From Lama guanicoe (Eukaryota), in NCBI GenBank assembly GCA_013239625.1, contig MU053933.1, positions 124,001 to 188,000 on the forward strand: a stretch of 64,000 nt of DNA, given 5' to 3'. The position numbers and the translations under genes are program-made. The notes beneath the pieces were generated by a model that did not search any database, was not told where the DNA came from, and worked only from the letters and a program-made list of their open reading frames with translations. This document shows, one piece after another, positions 37,421-50,785 of the stretch (positions are counted from its first letter, which is position 1; every line of letters begins with the position of its first letter).

Positions 37421-38567
37421 GTCAGAGGGGATCTCATCTACCCCTTTTACAACATCATTTGGAGAATAATTCTTTGTGGATTTAAAAGCAGAAGGTGACA
37501 TGATTTGATTTTTTTTGTTTTTACAGTCCTTACAAAAAATTTTTTTTTGATATATTTTTAAATAGCTTGTTGGCTCCAATGTGGTAGGAAAGACAAGGGC
37601 AGTAGCCAAAACAGCCAGTGTGTGTTTAGTGCTCTCTGTGTACAGAGCTCACTCAGAACCTCCCAGTGAGTAAACCAGGATGGAAGCTTGAAGGTCTGAG
37701 CCCGGGATGGAGCCGGGATGAAGGAGGGGTCAGAGCTGAAGGGATCAGTTCATCCAAAGCAATGGTCCAGATAGAGATGGTGAGGCCCACCTGGACAGGA
37801 GCAGGGAGAGGACAGGAGGGGAGGGGAGGGGAGAGGGTGGATCGGTGATGTATTTAAGAGACGAGTCTGGGATTTGACAACCAACCACCTATTGGGGTCC
37901 CATAGAGCTGGGGGAGGGAGGGATGGAGCCCCATCTCTGCGTGCAGCAGGTCAGGCCCTCGGAGAAGACTGCACGTTTCCGCAGAAGCACCCCTTCCTCT
38001 CACCTCCCCTAGTCCCTGTGCTGGGGCTGTGCAGCAATAACTGTGTGATCTGCATTCTGTCCACTGGGCTCAGACTCGGTTGGCCTTGATGTCCACCAGG
38101 AAGAGCCCTCCTTTCTCTTCCATCAAAACCCCCTCCGACCTCTCCCTTCCTTTTCTTTCCAGGGGAAGCCTCGCTCTGGCCTCGGACTCCTGCGGAGGGA
38201 GGGGTGGCACCCCTGGTCCTACCTGGGCCTTCCCTTCACTTCCCAGGTAGCCCAGGATCCCCAAGCACGAAGGCCCCTGTCTGGGCCTCCTTCGAGGTGG
38301 CCTGAGGGGGACCTAGAGCTCCTGTAGCTGGCCAGCCCCTCGAGCTGGGGTGAGCCGTGGCCAGGCCAGTCATGCACGGGTGTGACCTCAGGCCGCACCC
38401 TGAAGCCTCTCAGCAGACATTGAGTCCACGGTTCTGAGACTTGCAGCAGCTCTTGGGCTGAGGACGAATCTCCAAGACATGGCACAGTCGTGACCGCTGT
38501 CACCCCACCTTTCAGCCAGAGCCAGGTCTCAGGACCCAAAGGCAAATTAGAAATCTCCCACATTTCG

Positions 38568-38696
38568 GGGGGCCGTGGGGAGGGTACAGCTCAGCTGTAG
38601 GGCGCATGCCTAGCAGGCATGCGGTCCTGGGTTCACTCCCCAGTGCTTCCTCTATAAACAAATAAACCTAATTACCTGCCCCCCGAAGGAAAGAAG
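38568..38696 (+). mobile_element. vic-1-type SINE
   Basis: ggggagggtacagctcagctgtagggcgcatgcc...aataaacctaattacc, with TSD ccacatttcg / ccatatttcg. Confidence 0.9.
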
Positions 38697-41019
38697 TCGC
38701 CCATATTTCGACTTCTCCAAACACAGAGCAACTTTGGAGTCACACAGAGCCCATGCAAGGTCACCTCTCTACCTCGAAATGCCCACGTGAACAAATGTCT
38801 CCTCGGTCCTCTGCGTCCTCTTCTCTCAATGGAGCCACTGATGCTCCGGGCCTGGGGTGATGGGGGCAGAAGGGCTGAGATAACTAACGCACCTGTGGGA
38901 CTGAGTCAATGCTGGACCCATAGGCCAGGCCAGGAAACACCAGTTTTTTTAAAAACAAAACAAAACGAAACAAAAAAGCAGCTTCTTTCCTGGCTTTCCA
39001 AGTTACCAATTTGCAAGGTATGCTGTGTCCCCCAGGGCGAATTTAGCTGGAAACGCATTTGAGGGTGGGGCTGTGTGACCTAGCCAGCCAGCCCCTTTTT
39101 TACTCCATGGCTCCCCTGCCACGTGACTTTTCCCACAAATTCTTGCATGTTTAGAATTCCTCATCTGCAAAAAGATCGGAATGACCATCTTACTTGCTTA
39201 ACTAGGGGGCCGAGGGGAGAGGCTGAGGTTTCCTTGCATTGGTTGGTACGTGGCCTGAGCGTGATGATGCTACAAGCGTGATGGTGGTTCTCTCCTTTTC
39301 TGCCTCTGTTGGAAGGGACAGGGACGGGTTCTCCGAACCACACAGCTCGGCCTCTGACTCCCATCCTCCGACGCCCTGGGAACCCAGGAGCTGTCCTGTT
39401 AGGCGGTCTTAGCGGATTGCTTGCCTGTAATTGTTCTTGAACTTCAAGTATGTCACCCGACCTGCATTTCCTGCTGGAGGAGACACCTGTTCCATGACAT
39501 CAGTTCACTTATCTGTCAGCAAAGCCACGCATACCTGCCCTCCACTGCCCTCTTTCCGGGCCACCTCCCCCTCCACCCTCCCCTGCCTCCAAGCCCGGCT
39601 GCCTTTGTTTGTGCTGGGAGCATGGCGGCAAGGAGAGAACCATCAAAAATTAACACAGGCTGTGTGAAAAAAATCAGGCCAGCACATTCGTGAGGTTGAG
39701 TCAGCCCCAGAGGCCAAGATGAGAGGCCCTGAAGATTCAGAGATCTCATTGTCTTTGGGTTTGACATCTAAGCCTTCTGTCCCCGGGGAAGCCGTCTTCA
39801 GAGGCAGGAGAAGGATATTCTGCAAGTCAGAGCATGGGGTCCTCCAGGTTTTCTGCTGCAGGGTATGTGAGCCAAGCCTGTGTCTGCAGCTTGAAGTCAA
39901 GCGCCCCCTCCCCCCAGCCCCCACTGCCAGCCACGGGCCTTGCCCTGAGGACCACTGGCTACATCCTGGGTTCTCTCAGGGAAGATGGTCTGTCTTCCTG
40001 CCTCCTCTCCAGAAGGTCAGTGATTCTAACGCCCCCTTCCTTATGTGCATCTTCAATTCACCCACTCTCTGTACAGCAGAAGGCCCCACGGCATACCATC
40101 CCAAGGTCAATTTCTGGCAAAGTGATGTAGTAACCATGAGCTTGAGGGAGGCATTTCGGCTCCAAGAACCTCAGTGCCTTCCTCTGTAAAATGGGACGAT
40201 GCCTTCCTGTAGGTTATCATCAGGGTCACATGAGAGAGCGGAGCGGAGACACTTGTCAAGCTGGCAGAGCTGGGTGGCTGCAGGGGCTGGCTTCAGTTCC
40301 CTAAAGACATTGCAGCAAACAGGACCTGTCATTTCGCCGCCTTTGCTCAAGAAGGTGTGGCGACCCGTCCGGCAGGTCCCCAGGGAGCTGACCATGTTTG
40401 CCTTGGATGACAGAGCTGGTCTGCAGCCCTTCTGGCACCACACCCCATGTGCTGGTCTCTGGGAAGCACCTGGCCTTTTCCAGTGTGCTTCTGCTATTTT
40501 ATCCACCAAGCTGTGCTGGGCAGAGGCGGCACCGGATGGGGATGCAACCCCAAGCACCTGCACTGTAGGAAGAGCCCCCAGCATATCCGGGGGTGCCAGC
40601 TGGGGCTGACTCCGCCCTGGGCCCTCACCTGTCTCAGCACCATCTCAATGTCTTTCATGTGCTAACTCATTCCCTTCTCACATCTCCCTCTGGGGTCTGA
40701 ACTATCTCCACAAACGTCTACTGCAAAGGGAAGAGAGCCAGCAGCAAACAAAGCGTCTCCACATCCCTGCCCGTAAGCCTTCCATCCAAGCTGGGGAGGC
40801 AGACCACACAGAAAGCAGGAGACAGAGATGCAGAATGTGCTGGAAGGGACAAGGCTTGGCTGTGTGCAGCAGAGACTTGTCGGAGCTTAGACAACGAGCC
40901 TCAGGCATTGTTACCCCACTCTACAGTTGAGGAGACCGAGGGTCAGACGGACAGAGGGACTTGGTCAAGGTTACGTGACTTGGTCCTTGTCCTCTGACTT
41001 CAGAGCCCCTCCCCTAAAC

Positions 41020-41210
41020 GAAGCATCACAAGCTTTTTCCCAAAATGGCCTGGAGGGCAAGTGCACTGGGCTCCGCAGGCCACGTGCAGACTTTGTCACT
41101 TGTTCTTTTTCTTTCTTTTTTTTTTTTCACAACTCTTAAAAAACGTGAAAACTATCCTGGCTCTCAGGCAGTACAAAAACAGGTGCCGGACGTGGTTTCT
41201 TGACCCTGGC
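41020..41210. mobile_element. MER58-family hAT MITE
   Basis: gcaggccac...ttaaaaaacgtgaaaactatcctggctctcaggcagtacaaaaacagg...gaccctg. Confidence 0.7.
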
Positions 41211-41289
41211 TCTAAGCCACTAGCATTTCTGCCTTTCCTAATTAAGTTCAAATTTCTCAAAAGCCCACATGACCTGAGGTGGATGGGAT

Positions 41290-41395
41290 CACTCCCATTT
41301 TACAGATGAGGAAATTGAGGCTCAGGAAAGTGAAGTGATTTGGCTGTGATTATGGAGAGTCAGCATTCCCACCCCAGTCAGTCTGGGCTGGCAGG
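41290..41395 (+). mobile_element. MIR SINE
   Basis: cccattttacagatgaggaaattgaggctcaggaaagtgaagtgatttg. Confidence 0.8.
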
Positions 41396-41477
41396 ACCCG
41401 GGCCCTTTTTCCATTCTTCCCAACATGTCTTACTTTTGACACTGCATATTTAAACCCCTGCTACAGAATGCAACATT

Positions 41478-42030
41478 CACGAGTCCTCAGAAACTTAAGC
41501 ATGGAATTACCGTGTGACCTAGCAACTCTGCTTTTGGGCATGTCCTCAGAAGAACTGAAAACAGGAACTCACACAGCACGCCTCCTGTTCACAGCAGCGT
41601 CTCTCACACTAGCCAAAGGTGGAAGCCCCTCAGGTGTCCACAGGTGGATAAATGAAAAAGCAAAACTCGGTCCAGCCACGCAATGCAACAGCACTCAGCC
41701 ATTCTGACACCTGCTACAGCATGGACAAGCCTTGAGGGCATGATGCTCAAAAGCTAGGCATAAGAGGACAAATGCTGTATGATTCCACTTACATGAGGTC
41801 CCTAGAGGAGCTGGATTCACACAAACAGAAAGTAGAATGCTGGGTTTCAGGGGCTGGGACAGAGGGATGCGAAGTGAAAGTTTAATGGGGCAGAATTTCA
41901 GGTTGGAAAGATAAAAAGGTTCTGGAAACGAACGGTGGTGGTGGTTGCACAACAATGTGAACAGACTGAAAGCCCCTGACACTTAAAAATGGTTAAAATT
42001 GTACATTTTATGTTATATGTACTTTCCCAG
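41478..42030 (+). mobile_element. L1MB-like 3' end
   Basis: gaattaccgtgtgacctagcaactc...cacttaaaaatggttaaaattgtacattttatgttatatgtac. Confidence 0.9.
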
Positions 42031-43384
42031 AGTTAAACCAAGAAAGCAGTTACAGTGGGAATGATTCACCAAACAGTGACCCCCACCTCTCCCACCCCCG
42101 CCGAGTGAATGTCCAGCCACGTGTCTCCAGGAGCAGAGAGCACGTGGGTGGGAGGTGACAGAGGTGGAGGCTCAGCGCAGCTCCCTCAGGGCACAACCCA
42201 AAGTGTGGGAGGGGGAGGAGGGCAGAGTAGGCCCGTGGTGTCACCTGGCTGCCCCCTCGCTGCCCAGCCCAGGCCCTCCAGTTCCAAGTTCTAAGCTCTT
42301 TCAGTTGACCTGACCCCACTGCCAAAGCCCCTTGTCCTGGGAGCTGTGGGCGGCCCACGTCCTGCCAACTGCCCGGCTCCCCGCAGGTCCTCCCAGAAAG
42401 CCCTGGTGGAGTCTGGCTGACAGTGTCAACCTGTTTGTCTTCACTGTCCCCGGGAAGCCCGTTGTCACAGTCCAGGGAGGAGCTGCCTGGCCCCAGAATA
42501 GCCCCTGCGGGAGGTGAGTCACACAGGTGTGCTAGTCAACTCGCACGCTGACCCGGCACGCACGCAGGGGCGCCCCGGGAGGCCGCCGCTTGTGGGACCA
42601 CTGCATTCAGTGAGTAATTGCAGTCACCGTGCATGGAGCTCCTATTCTAGGCCGTGCACTCGGCCTGAGAATTTCCTTGTGTATTTCATTTAACTCCCAC
42701 CGTCACCCCGTGAGGAAACCCCACCGTCCCCACTTTCCAGAATAGAAAGCTGAGGTTTCAAAAGGTCAGGTGGCTCGCCCAGCATCAGTCCTTCTGTCAG
42801 GAAGCCCCTCCCGGTCTCTAGCGCATCGGCTTGACCTCTGACCTTGGAGGGTGCGTGGACTTTGGAAGGAGACAAAAGCTGTTCAGAATCGAGGGAAGTG
42901 GGTGAACCTGCGAGATGGTCTCTCTGCGAGTTAAGACAAAGGTAGAGCTCTTTGGCAGTGAGCGCGGTGGGCGCCTGTGTAGGGCTCGAGCTGGTTCTGG
43001 AAGCAAAGCTCCGATGCAGAGCCTCCAGGCCTTCTCTGGAGAATGGCAGTGACAGCTGGCCCAGTGTGAACCCCCACCCCAAACAGTGACTCTGGAAGAA
43101 CTCGTCTGCACTGGGTGACTGAAGTCAGGTGCTCGGCGGCCTGTTCCACCCCCGGGTGAGCTCTGCAGAGGTCACTGCCCCCAAGGAGAGAGCCATCCAC
43201 AGGAGGGCTGGGCCGCCGAGCAAGGGCTGGGTGGATGGTGCCGATGGGAAAGCAAATGGAAAGAACGTTTTCAAGAAGTCTGGTGACAAGGGAAGAGGGA
43301 CAATGATAGGAGTGTAGCTTCTAGGGTCAGCATGTTGAAGAAGGGGTTTTTCAGGGTCCTGAGCAGCCGTGACAGTGGAGCCAG

Positions 43385-43859
43385 CCACAAGGGTGTAGAA
43401 TTGTGCCCCCTTAAAATATATGTCCGGTTCCCAACTCCCAGAACCCAGGACTGTGACGTTATTTGGAAGTGGGGTCTTTGCAGATGTCATCAAGTTAAGA
43501 TAAGGTCATACTGGATTCGGATGGGCCCTCAGCCCAGCATGACTGGTGTTCTTATAGGGAAAAAGAAACTTGGACACAGACAGAGGGAGGGCCACGTGAT
43601 GAGACACAAGAGGAGGACAGCACGTGAAGACGGAGGCAGAGCCCGCAGTGAGCAGTCTACACACCTAGGAAGACCACCAGCGCCCAAAGCCGGGGGGCAG
43701 GCCTGGAAGGACCCTCCTCAGGAGCCACGCGGTGAAACCAGCCCTACAGGCACCTTGATTTCTAACTTCTGGCCTCCAGCCCTGTGAAAACACACACTTC
43801 TGCTGTGTAAACCACCCAGTTTGTGTAATTTGTTACGACAGCCACAGGAGCCTAATACA
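43385..43859 (+). mobile_element. MLT1 (B/C-like) LTR
   Basis: gaattgtgcccccttaaaatatatgtcc...ttatttggaagtggggtctttgcagatg...ttgttacgacagccacaggagcctaataca. Confidence 0.9.
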
Positions 43860-44639
43860 CAAGTTAGAGAGCTCAGCTCTGATTTCTCGGCATTGGACAC
43901 AAAATCAGCTGTGACTCTCTCAGATGTGACCTTGTCAGAGAGGCCTGCCACCCCTCCCCTCCACGCTCTCCCCTGGGGCAGCAGGGACCCGAGGAATCTC
44001 CCTGGGGGCCTGGCTGCAGGAGACTCCCCCACCCACACCCAAAGGAGGCTCATTGGAGTGTCAGGACAGGACTGGAAACTGCGGTCTGGCCGGAGAAGCT
44101 CCCGAGCTCCCTTTGCTGCTTACACACCAGCATCTGGGTTCCACTGGGAAGGAAAACAAAAAGACTCTGACGAGAACAGCAGGGGAAGGAGAGGACTCAG
44201 GTGCACAGTTCCCCTCTTCCCCGCCGTGTTGCCAGTTCGGCATGTCGGAAGCCCTCATTTGCTAATGGGCGGCTGGCTGCACAGCAATAAATCCACCTGC
44301 ACTAACCCGTAAACCTGCCAAACGCAGGGGTGGTTCGGGCTTGGTCACGGCTGCCTGTGCTCAGACTCCAGCCGGCTCGGCGGCCAGGGCCCCTGGAGGA
44401 GCCGCCGGAGACTCCGGCGACTGAGGGTGCCTGTCTGGAGGAGCACGCCCCTGGGCTTGGGCTACGAAAACCAGCGCAGACGGAGTGTCTGGGCGTGCTT
44501 GTTCCGATTGTTTCCTGAGAGGAGAGTCTGTAATTTTTATTAAGATGGTTATTTCTTCCTTTTTAATTAATTTTATAACATTGTTTAAAAGGCAAATAGT
44601 GTTGCAAGGCTCGCACCGCACCCCTTCCCGCCTTCAATC

Positions 44640-46030
44640 CCTTCCCCTTGAGTTAGTTCCAAGTCTCTGGGCTTTTTTACCTTTACCGCCACATTTTTAA
44701 TGAGCATGATTACTATATTGTTTCTTGCTTTCCAGTTTTAGCTCACGGACACCGCCACCCACCCCGCACACTCTCAGCTTCTCCCATCCTACCCACCTGC
44801 TTCACAGTTTACTTATATCACAACCAAAACAGCGTTTGGCCAATACAGTGTTCAGGGTTGGCATTATGATGACTTCACAAATGTCACAACTAAGCCACTT
44901 AGGGCATTAGGATTACGTTTTCTTTTCTTGTGCAACTTTGGTTTTTCCTGGAGTTAACTATTGTGTCATTTCTTCACATACTTAATTTTCTATATACTAG
45001 TAACCATTTACTCCCCAAAGTTAGCGAGCAATGCTGAAAAACTCCTCTCAGCAAAGTCACACGCATCAGGTAACCATTCTTTTTTTTGTTTTCTCTTGAT
45101 GTTTGCTTTTCCAGGGGAGCTGTCCTTTCTGGAGCTCTTTGCCCTCCTGTTTGTGTCTGGACTGGCTGACCCCTTGGCTTGTGGCACAGCTGCCCTCCTG
45201 AGAGCTCCCTTCAACTTTAGTGAGACTCTGCATTTTTCTGTGCTACATAGAGTGTGTCCTATGTCCCACATGGTTCTCTTCCTGGGTTTACTTTCTTGTT
45301 CAGATGAAGCACACCCTCCAGTAGCTTTCTGAGAAAGGATGCATGTGAGGTACAATTTTTAAATCTTACAGATCTTATATATTTTCAAACACCTTTATTC
45401 TACATTTTGACTGATGGTTTGTATAAAGAATCCTAGATAAAAACTTTCTTCTTATGATTTTGAAGGCATTGCTCCATTATTTTCTGCTTTACAAGATTAC
45501 TCTTGAGAAATACTGATCTTCGAATTCATCCCACTGTTTTTCTTACACAAATATTTAGGATTTTTAAATCCCCTATGTTTTGGAATTTCAATATGATGTG
45601 CCTTTTTTCATGTTTTGTTTGGCAGCTTCATTCACTCTTTCAGCCGGGAAGTCATGTCTTACAGTTTCAGTAAAATTTTTTTGTATTATTTGTTAGATAA
45701 CTTTCTCTTCTTCCTGCTCTTCCCCGAGTCACCAAGTCCGAGGCTGTCTGGTGTAACTTCTCTGCAGAGTATACACCCTCACTTCTCTTCAGCGGGGGCA
45801 GGAGAGTGTCTGCCTCAGTGGGATGAGGGGGTGAGACCCCAGGGTCTAAGGGTTTCTTCTGACTTCGTCCACCGTTTCACCACTACCCTGTTCAACCCAC
45901 CCCTCCCTCCAACCTTCAGAGATCTTTGGTGCCTCCAGTCCTTCAGCCGTTCTGGGGTTTTGAAATGTGAGTTGCTTGTGTAGGTTGGTGATCATTTTGG
46001 CAAGAGATTTTGATTCACTTTCACTGGTCT
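44640..46030 (-). mobile_element. Ancient L1ME/HAL1-like remnant
   Basis: ccctccagtagctttctgagaaaggatgcatgtgagg; gaaggcattgctccattattttctgc. Confidence 0.6.
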
Positions 46031-46039
46031 GTGGTGCCA

Positions 46040-46495
46040 ATACCTCACATAAAGCTTGCATTTGGCTGCATGTAACAGACCCCCGTTCAATGGCACAACC
46101 AAACAGCACTTTAATTTTCTTACCAAGAGTAAGCAACCCCAGGCTGGTACGGCAGCCCCATGGTGTTATCACCGTCCCAGCGTCCTCCTGTCTTTCTCTT
46201 CTGCCATTTTCATCATGCAGCTTTCATCTTCATGGATCCCTCATGGTCACGAGACCATCGTTCCTCTCCAGCCTCATGTCTACATTCCAAGGAGGGATGA
46301 AAGAAAAGACGATGGAGAAGGAGTGGCTCCAAGGTCAGGAAGGAGGCTCCCCAGGATCTCCAGCAGACTTCCACTTCCCCAGGACAGGGGCTCCGGGAAA
46401 CAAGTTCACTGGGAGCATGACTGCTCCAGCCAAAACTGGGGTTCTGTCAGCAAAAAAGAAGGGTGAAGGGATACTGGGGAGGCCACCAGCATTGC
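46040..46495 (-). mobile_element. Old MLT1 (J/K-like) LTR
   Basis: ttggctgcatgtaacagac...ctccagcctcatgtctacattcca...aaaactggggttctgtcagcaaaaaagaaggg. Confidence 0.7.
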
Positions 46496-47019
46496 CTGTC
46501 CATTGACATTTTCATGGACATCTGCCGCTGTCCCCTCTCCCACTCCCTTTGTTCTTGTGAGCTGATTCCTTACTTTTGCCATGCCGGTGTTTTACAAGCT
46601 TTTTTAACGGAGCTGATAAATGTGTATATTCGATCTACCATGTTTAACGTGAAGTCACACAAGGAGCTCCCACAGAAGATCAAGGGCCATTCCCTGAGCT
46701 AACTTTTTTCCTTATGAATCAGGGTTCTTCATTTTTGAGTTGAGGAGGGAGAGAAAACTGAGTCACTTTGGGTTTTCTTCTCCTCTGCACCCTGCAAGGG
46801 AGGGAGCCACGTGAGAGTTCTTGTCCCAGCCTTGCTGCTGCTGAGCACCTTCAGGCTCAGCACACACCCTCTCTGGTGCGCACTTTCCTCTTCATCTTTA
46901 ACATGAAGAGATTGGGTCAGGAAAGCATTTCCCATGAAATAGTCCAGCAGGGGAAAAAAAGTGTTCAGACAAGATGAATGAATAGCAAAGAAGCTCAGAA
47001 GCCCTTGTAAAGGCATCTG

Positions 47020-48056
47020 GGCATTAATTATTAGAGGAATGCAAATTACCTTTGATAATTACTGGGATACAACTACACATCCACTAGAAAGGCTGTAACA
47101 ACAGTCACAGCAAGAGACGACACCCAACCCCGAGGGCTGATAAGCCTGCAGAACAAATGAAGTCTGCATAGACCACTGGTGAAAATGCATGGTGCCATCT
47201 GCAGCAACATAGATGGACCTAGAGATGATCCCATAAGTGAAGCAAGTCAGACAGAGAAAGACAAACAGCGTATGTTATCACTTAAATGTGGAATCTAAAA
47301 AAAAAAAAAAAAAGACACAAATGAACTTATTTACCAAACAGAAACAGACTCACAGACATAGAAAACAAACTATGGTTACCAAAGGGGAGAGGGTAGGGGA
47401 GGGGTAAATTAGGAGTTTGGGATTAATATATACACACTACTATCTATCAGATGAACAATAAGGACTGACTGTGTGGCACTGGGAACTACATTCAATATCT
47501 TATAACAACCTATTATGAAAAAATATCTCTATATAACTGAATCACTTTGCTGTGCGCCAGAAACTAACACAACATTGTAAAGCAACTCTACTTCAGTTAA
47601 AAAAAAAAGAATTCATAATGGTACAGCCACTTTGGAAAACATTTGGCAATTTTCTTATGAAGTTAAACATAAATTTACCAAATGATCCAGCAATTCCAAC
47701 CCTAGGTATATACCTGCGAAATGAAAACTAGTGTTTACACTGAAACTTGTGTGCAAATATTTCTGCCAGCTTTATTCACAATCGCCCCAAACTGGAGACA
47801 ACCCAAAGGTCCATCACCTGGTAGACGGATAAACAACCTATAGTCATTCAGCAGAGACTGAATCCATCCCTGGTTGCAGGCGCTGGGGTGGAAGGAGGAG
47901 ACTGACTGCAAAGGGGTGGGGGGCTGGGGGGTGGACATGTTCTACTCTGGGTTCCCTTAGTGGTAACACAGTGTGTACGTTTTTCAAAACTCGTAGAACT
48001 ACTCCCTGAGAAGGAGTTTTGCTCTGTGTCAGTTGCACCCTAATAAACCTGACTTT
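47020..48056 (+). mobile_element. Old L1 3' portion with a young L1 tail (about 47194-47610) nested inside
   Basis: Old L1 sequence is interrupted after ...gaaaatgcatggt and resumes at aatggtacagccactttgg; the inner element ends at cttcagttaaaaaaaaaa. Confidence 0.85.
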
Positions 48057-49534
48057 TAGTTGAAGTCAGATACCCCTGGGAAGGGCTGCAGCCACACCCC
48101 TGTTTATCACATTCCCCGAGCAGCTGAGCAGTCAAGGCCCTGAGAAGTCCTGCAGTGCATTCAACCAAGAGGATTCATCCTCCACGCCTTTTGCCAAATG
48201 ACATCCTCGGCGACGTCAAGCTAGACGATCTCAAGCCCCTTTCGCACAGACAGCCTGTGGTCCTAGGGAGCTTGGGCCGCGCTCTCCCTGGAGGCGACTC
48301 GTCCCGCTTGGTGTTCACGTCTCTTTGCGGAAGGCGGCCTCCTCTGCCGCTTTCACGACTGACTCAGGTCCCCTCCAGCCCAGGAAGTGAGAAAGGAGGG
48401 CAAGCCCCATGTGGGTCCACACCCGCTGCGAAAGGGAAGGGATGCCAAGATCCCCCCTGGGGATGGTGCGGCCCCACCCTCGGAGCCTGATGCCAGCCAG
48501 CAGACCACCCCACCCTCATGAAGGTGAACACTGGTGGGCCACTTACTCGAGGGCTAAGACTGTGTCCACTTCACAAGACCCCTTGAAGGATGTGTGGCGT
48601 GGTCCTCATGTGCGGTGAGGGGTGGCAAAGCCAGGGCTTCAGCCTGCTTCCTTCAGCCCCTCGCCCTGACCGTCAGGCCTCCGGGGGGTCAGAGCCCAGG
48701 ACCAGACAGGACAGAAGCATCCTTCCCAAGTTTGGGCCACCCGCCGTGTGGGATCAGAGCAGGGCAGGTTCCAAACCCCCTTGTTCACTTTCCAGTTCAT
48801 CAGCCTCCAGGGGGCTCCCAAGCACAGCTAGGGAGGCGACCCAGCCCACGCAGGGAACGCTCAAGGAGAGCTCAGGCTGCAAAGGAAGGTGTGAGCACGT
48901 GTGGGCATCTCCCTTCTCCGCCTTCCTTGGATGGCTTCCAAGGAAGGGGCTGCCCCCAGGGCCTCCTGCTGGCCAGCCAGCTGCTAAAAATTGCCCTCAC
49001 CTGCAGCCAGAATCAATAAATACTGTCATATTTTCCACTCCAGGCATCAGCACAGGCTGTGGCTCCCACAGTCTCCCCCAGGCAGCCTGCCCCACGCAGA
49101 GGGAAGCTTTCAAAACTGGGCGGTAAGCCCTGGACCGCCCACCGCCGCTCCGAACGGCTTCCGTGGGCAGGTGGGGCAGGACCACGGTCGCAGCTAAGTC
49201 CTGGGAGAGGAGATAAGCTGACCCTTGTTTTCAAACACCGTGACACTTACATTCATACATTTTTTATTTCTGAGGAAACTAAATCAGGGATGATATGAAG
49301 AAAACAGGTCTATGAATTTGGTCGGCACAGGGTTCTTTATTTCGCAAGACAAGCTTTTAGCCAGTAAACCTTTTGAGTCTCGAAAATATCCTGTTTCTCA
49401 AAGTCCTGAGTGACCCGCAACAACTTCGTAGACAGAACAGACAGAACGGACAGCCAGGCGTGACAGCTCCCTTGTTCAAGGGGGTATTTGGCAGGCTTAT
49501 GTCCCCACGCTTGCCGAGTTCACTCCCTGCGCTG

Positions 49535-50040
49535 TTTCCCAGGGCTGCCTCAGTACAGGGCCGCAGACTGGGGCCTAAACACAGAAACGTATTCTCTCAC
49601 AGTTCCGGAGACCAGAACTCCAAAGTCAAGGGCCACGCTCTCTCCGAAGGCTCTAGAAAACAAACAATGGACCCAGGACCTCAGTGTGCTAAGCCCGTGC
49701 TCTACCGCGGAGGGGCCTGCTTGCCTCCTCCAGCTTCTGGTGTTTGCCAGCATCCTTGGTGTCGTCGGCTTGGGGCCGCATCACCCAGCCACGTAGCCAC
49801 CTTCTCCCCGTGTCTGCACATGGTCGTCCTCTGCACGGGTCTGTCTCTGCCCAAACTTCCCCTTTTTATAAGGACGCCAATCCTGTCGGGTCAGGGCCTC
49901 ACACTAACGATCTCATTTTCGTTTGGTCACCTCTGTAAAGACCCCATACCTCAGTAAGGCCACATTCTGAGGTACGGGGTGTGGTACAGAACCCTGACAC
50001 ATAAATGAGGCACAATTGGGGGCACATAATCCAACCCCTA
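49535..50040 (-). mobile_element. MLT1 LTR
   Basis: tttcccagggctgcc...aaacacagaaacgtattctctcacagttccggagaccagaactcc...cacattctgaggtac...cacataatccaaccc. Confidence 0.85.
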
Positions 50041-50630
50041 GCACAGCCCATTTCCTGCTGGAGGAGCAGAGGGAGGAGAGGGAGGAGGGGGAAGTGGGAA
50101 GATGCGGCGGGGAGGAGGGGAGGCCCCGCCTGCTCCAGGCACGCTTGCCCCGTTTTTGTGGTTTGTAGCAATAAAACAGGCTGGGCAGACAAAACAAAGA
50201 CATTAAAATGCAAAGCCAGGGCACAAAATCCAGGCGGAGCCAAAGCTGAAATGGTGACTGTTAGACAGGGAAGGGCCGACACCTTTTTTATGGTTTGTCT
50301 GGAAAGCGACGGGGGCCTCATCTGCATCCAGTCCGGGTCAAGTTCCAGGTGGGACAGCAGGTCACTGACCCTGAAGTAGCACCTGGCTCCCTGGGCACAG
50401 GCCTGGGGAGACCCTGCAGGTGGAAAGCAGGTGACCTTCCCCAGGGACGGGCAGCGTCCATTCAAGGTTAGAGGTAGCAAGTCCCTGGCTCTGAGTGCGC
50501 CGTTTACCATTTGTGATGGCAACGGTGCGTTCAGCTGTGCCCACGTTTCATGGTCCAAGAGGCTGCCGGTGACTCTCGAGAAAACGTGTACTAGCAAGGC
50601 CCAGTGGGGCACAGCCGTCCTTCCTGAACT

Positions 50631-50785
50631 TTTTATTTAAGACTTTTATGTATGTGTATATATATGTATATATTATGGGATGGGAGGTAATTAGGTTTAT
50701 TTATTTTTAACGGAGGTCCTGGGGATTGAACCCAGGACCTCGGTGTGCTAAGCACGTGGTCTACCGCGGAGCTCCACCCTTCCTA
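50631..50785 (-). mobile_element. vic-1-type SINE
   Basis: gggaggtaattaggtttatttattttt...ggggattgaacccaggacc, with TSD tccttcctgaact / tccttcccgaact. Confidence 0.9.
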
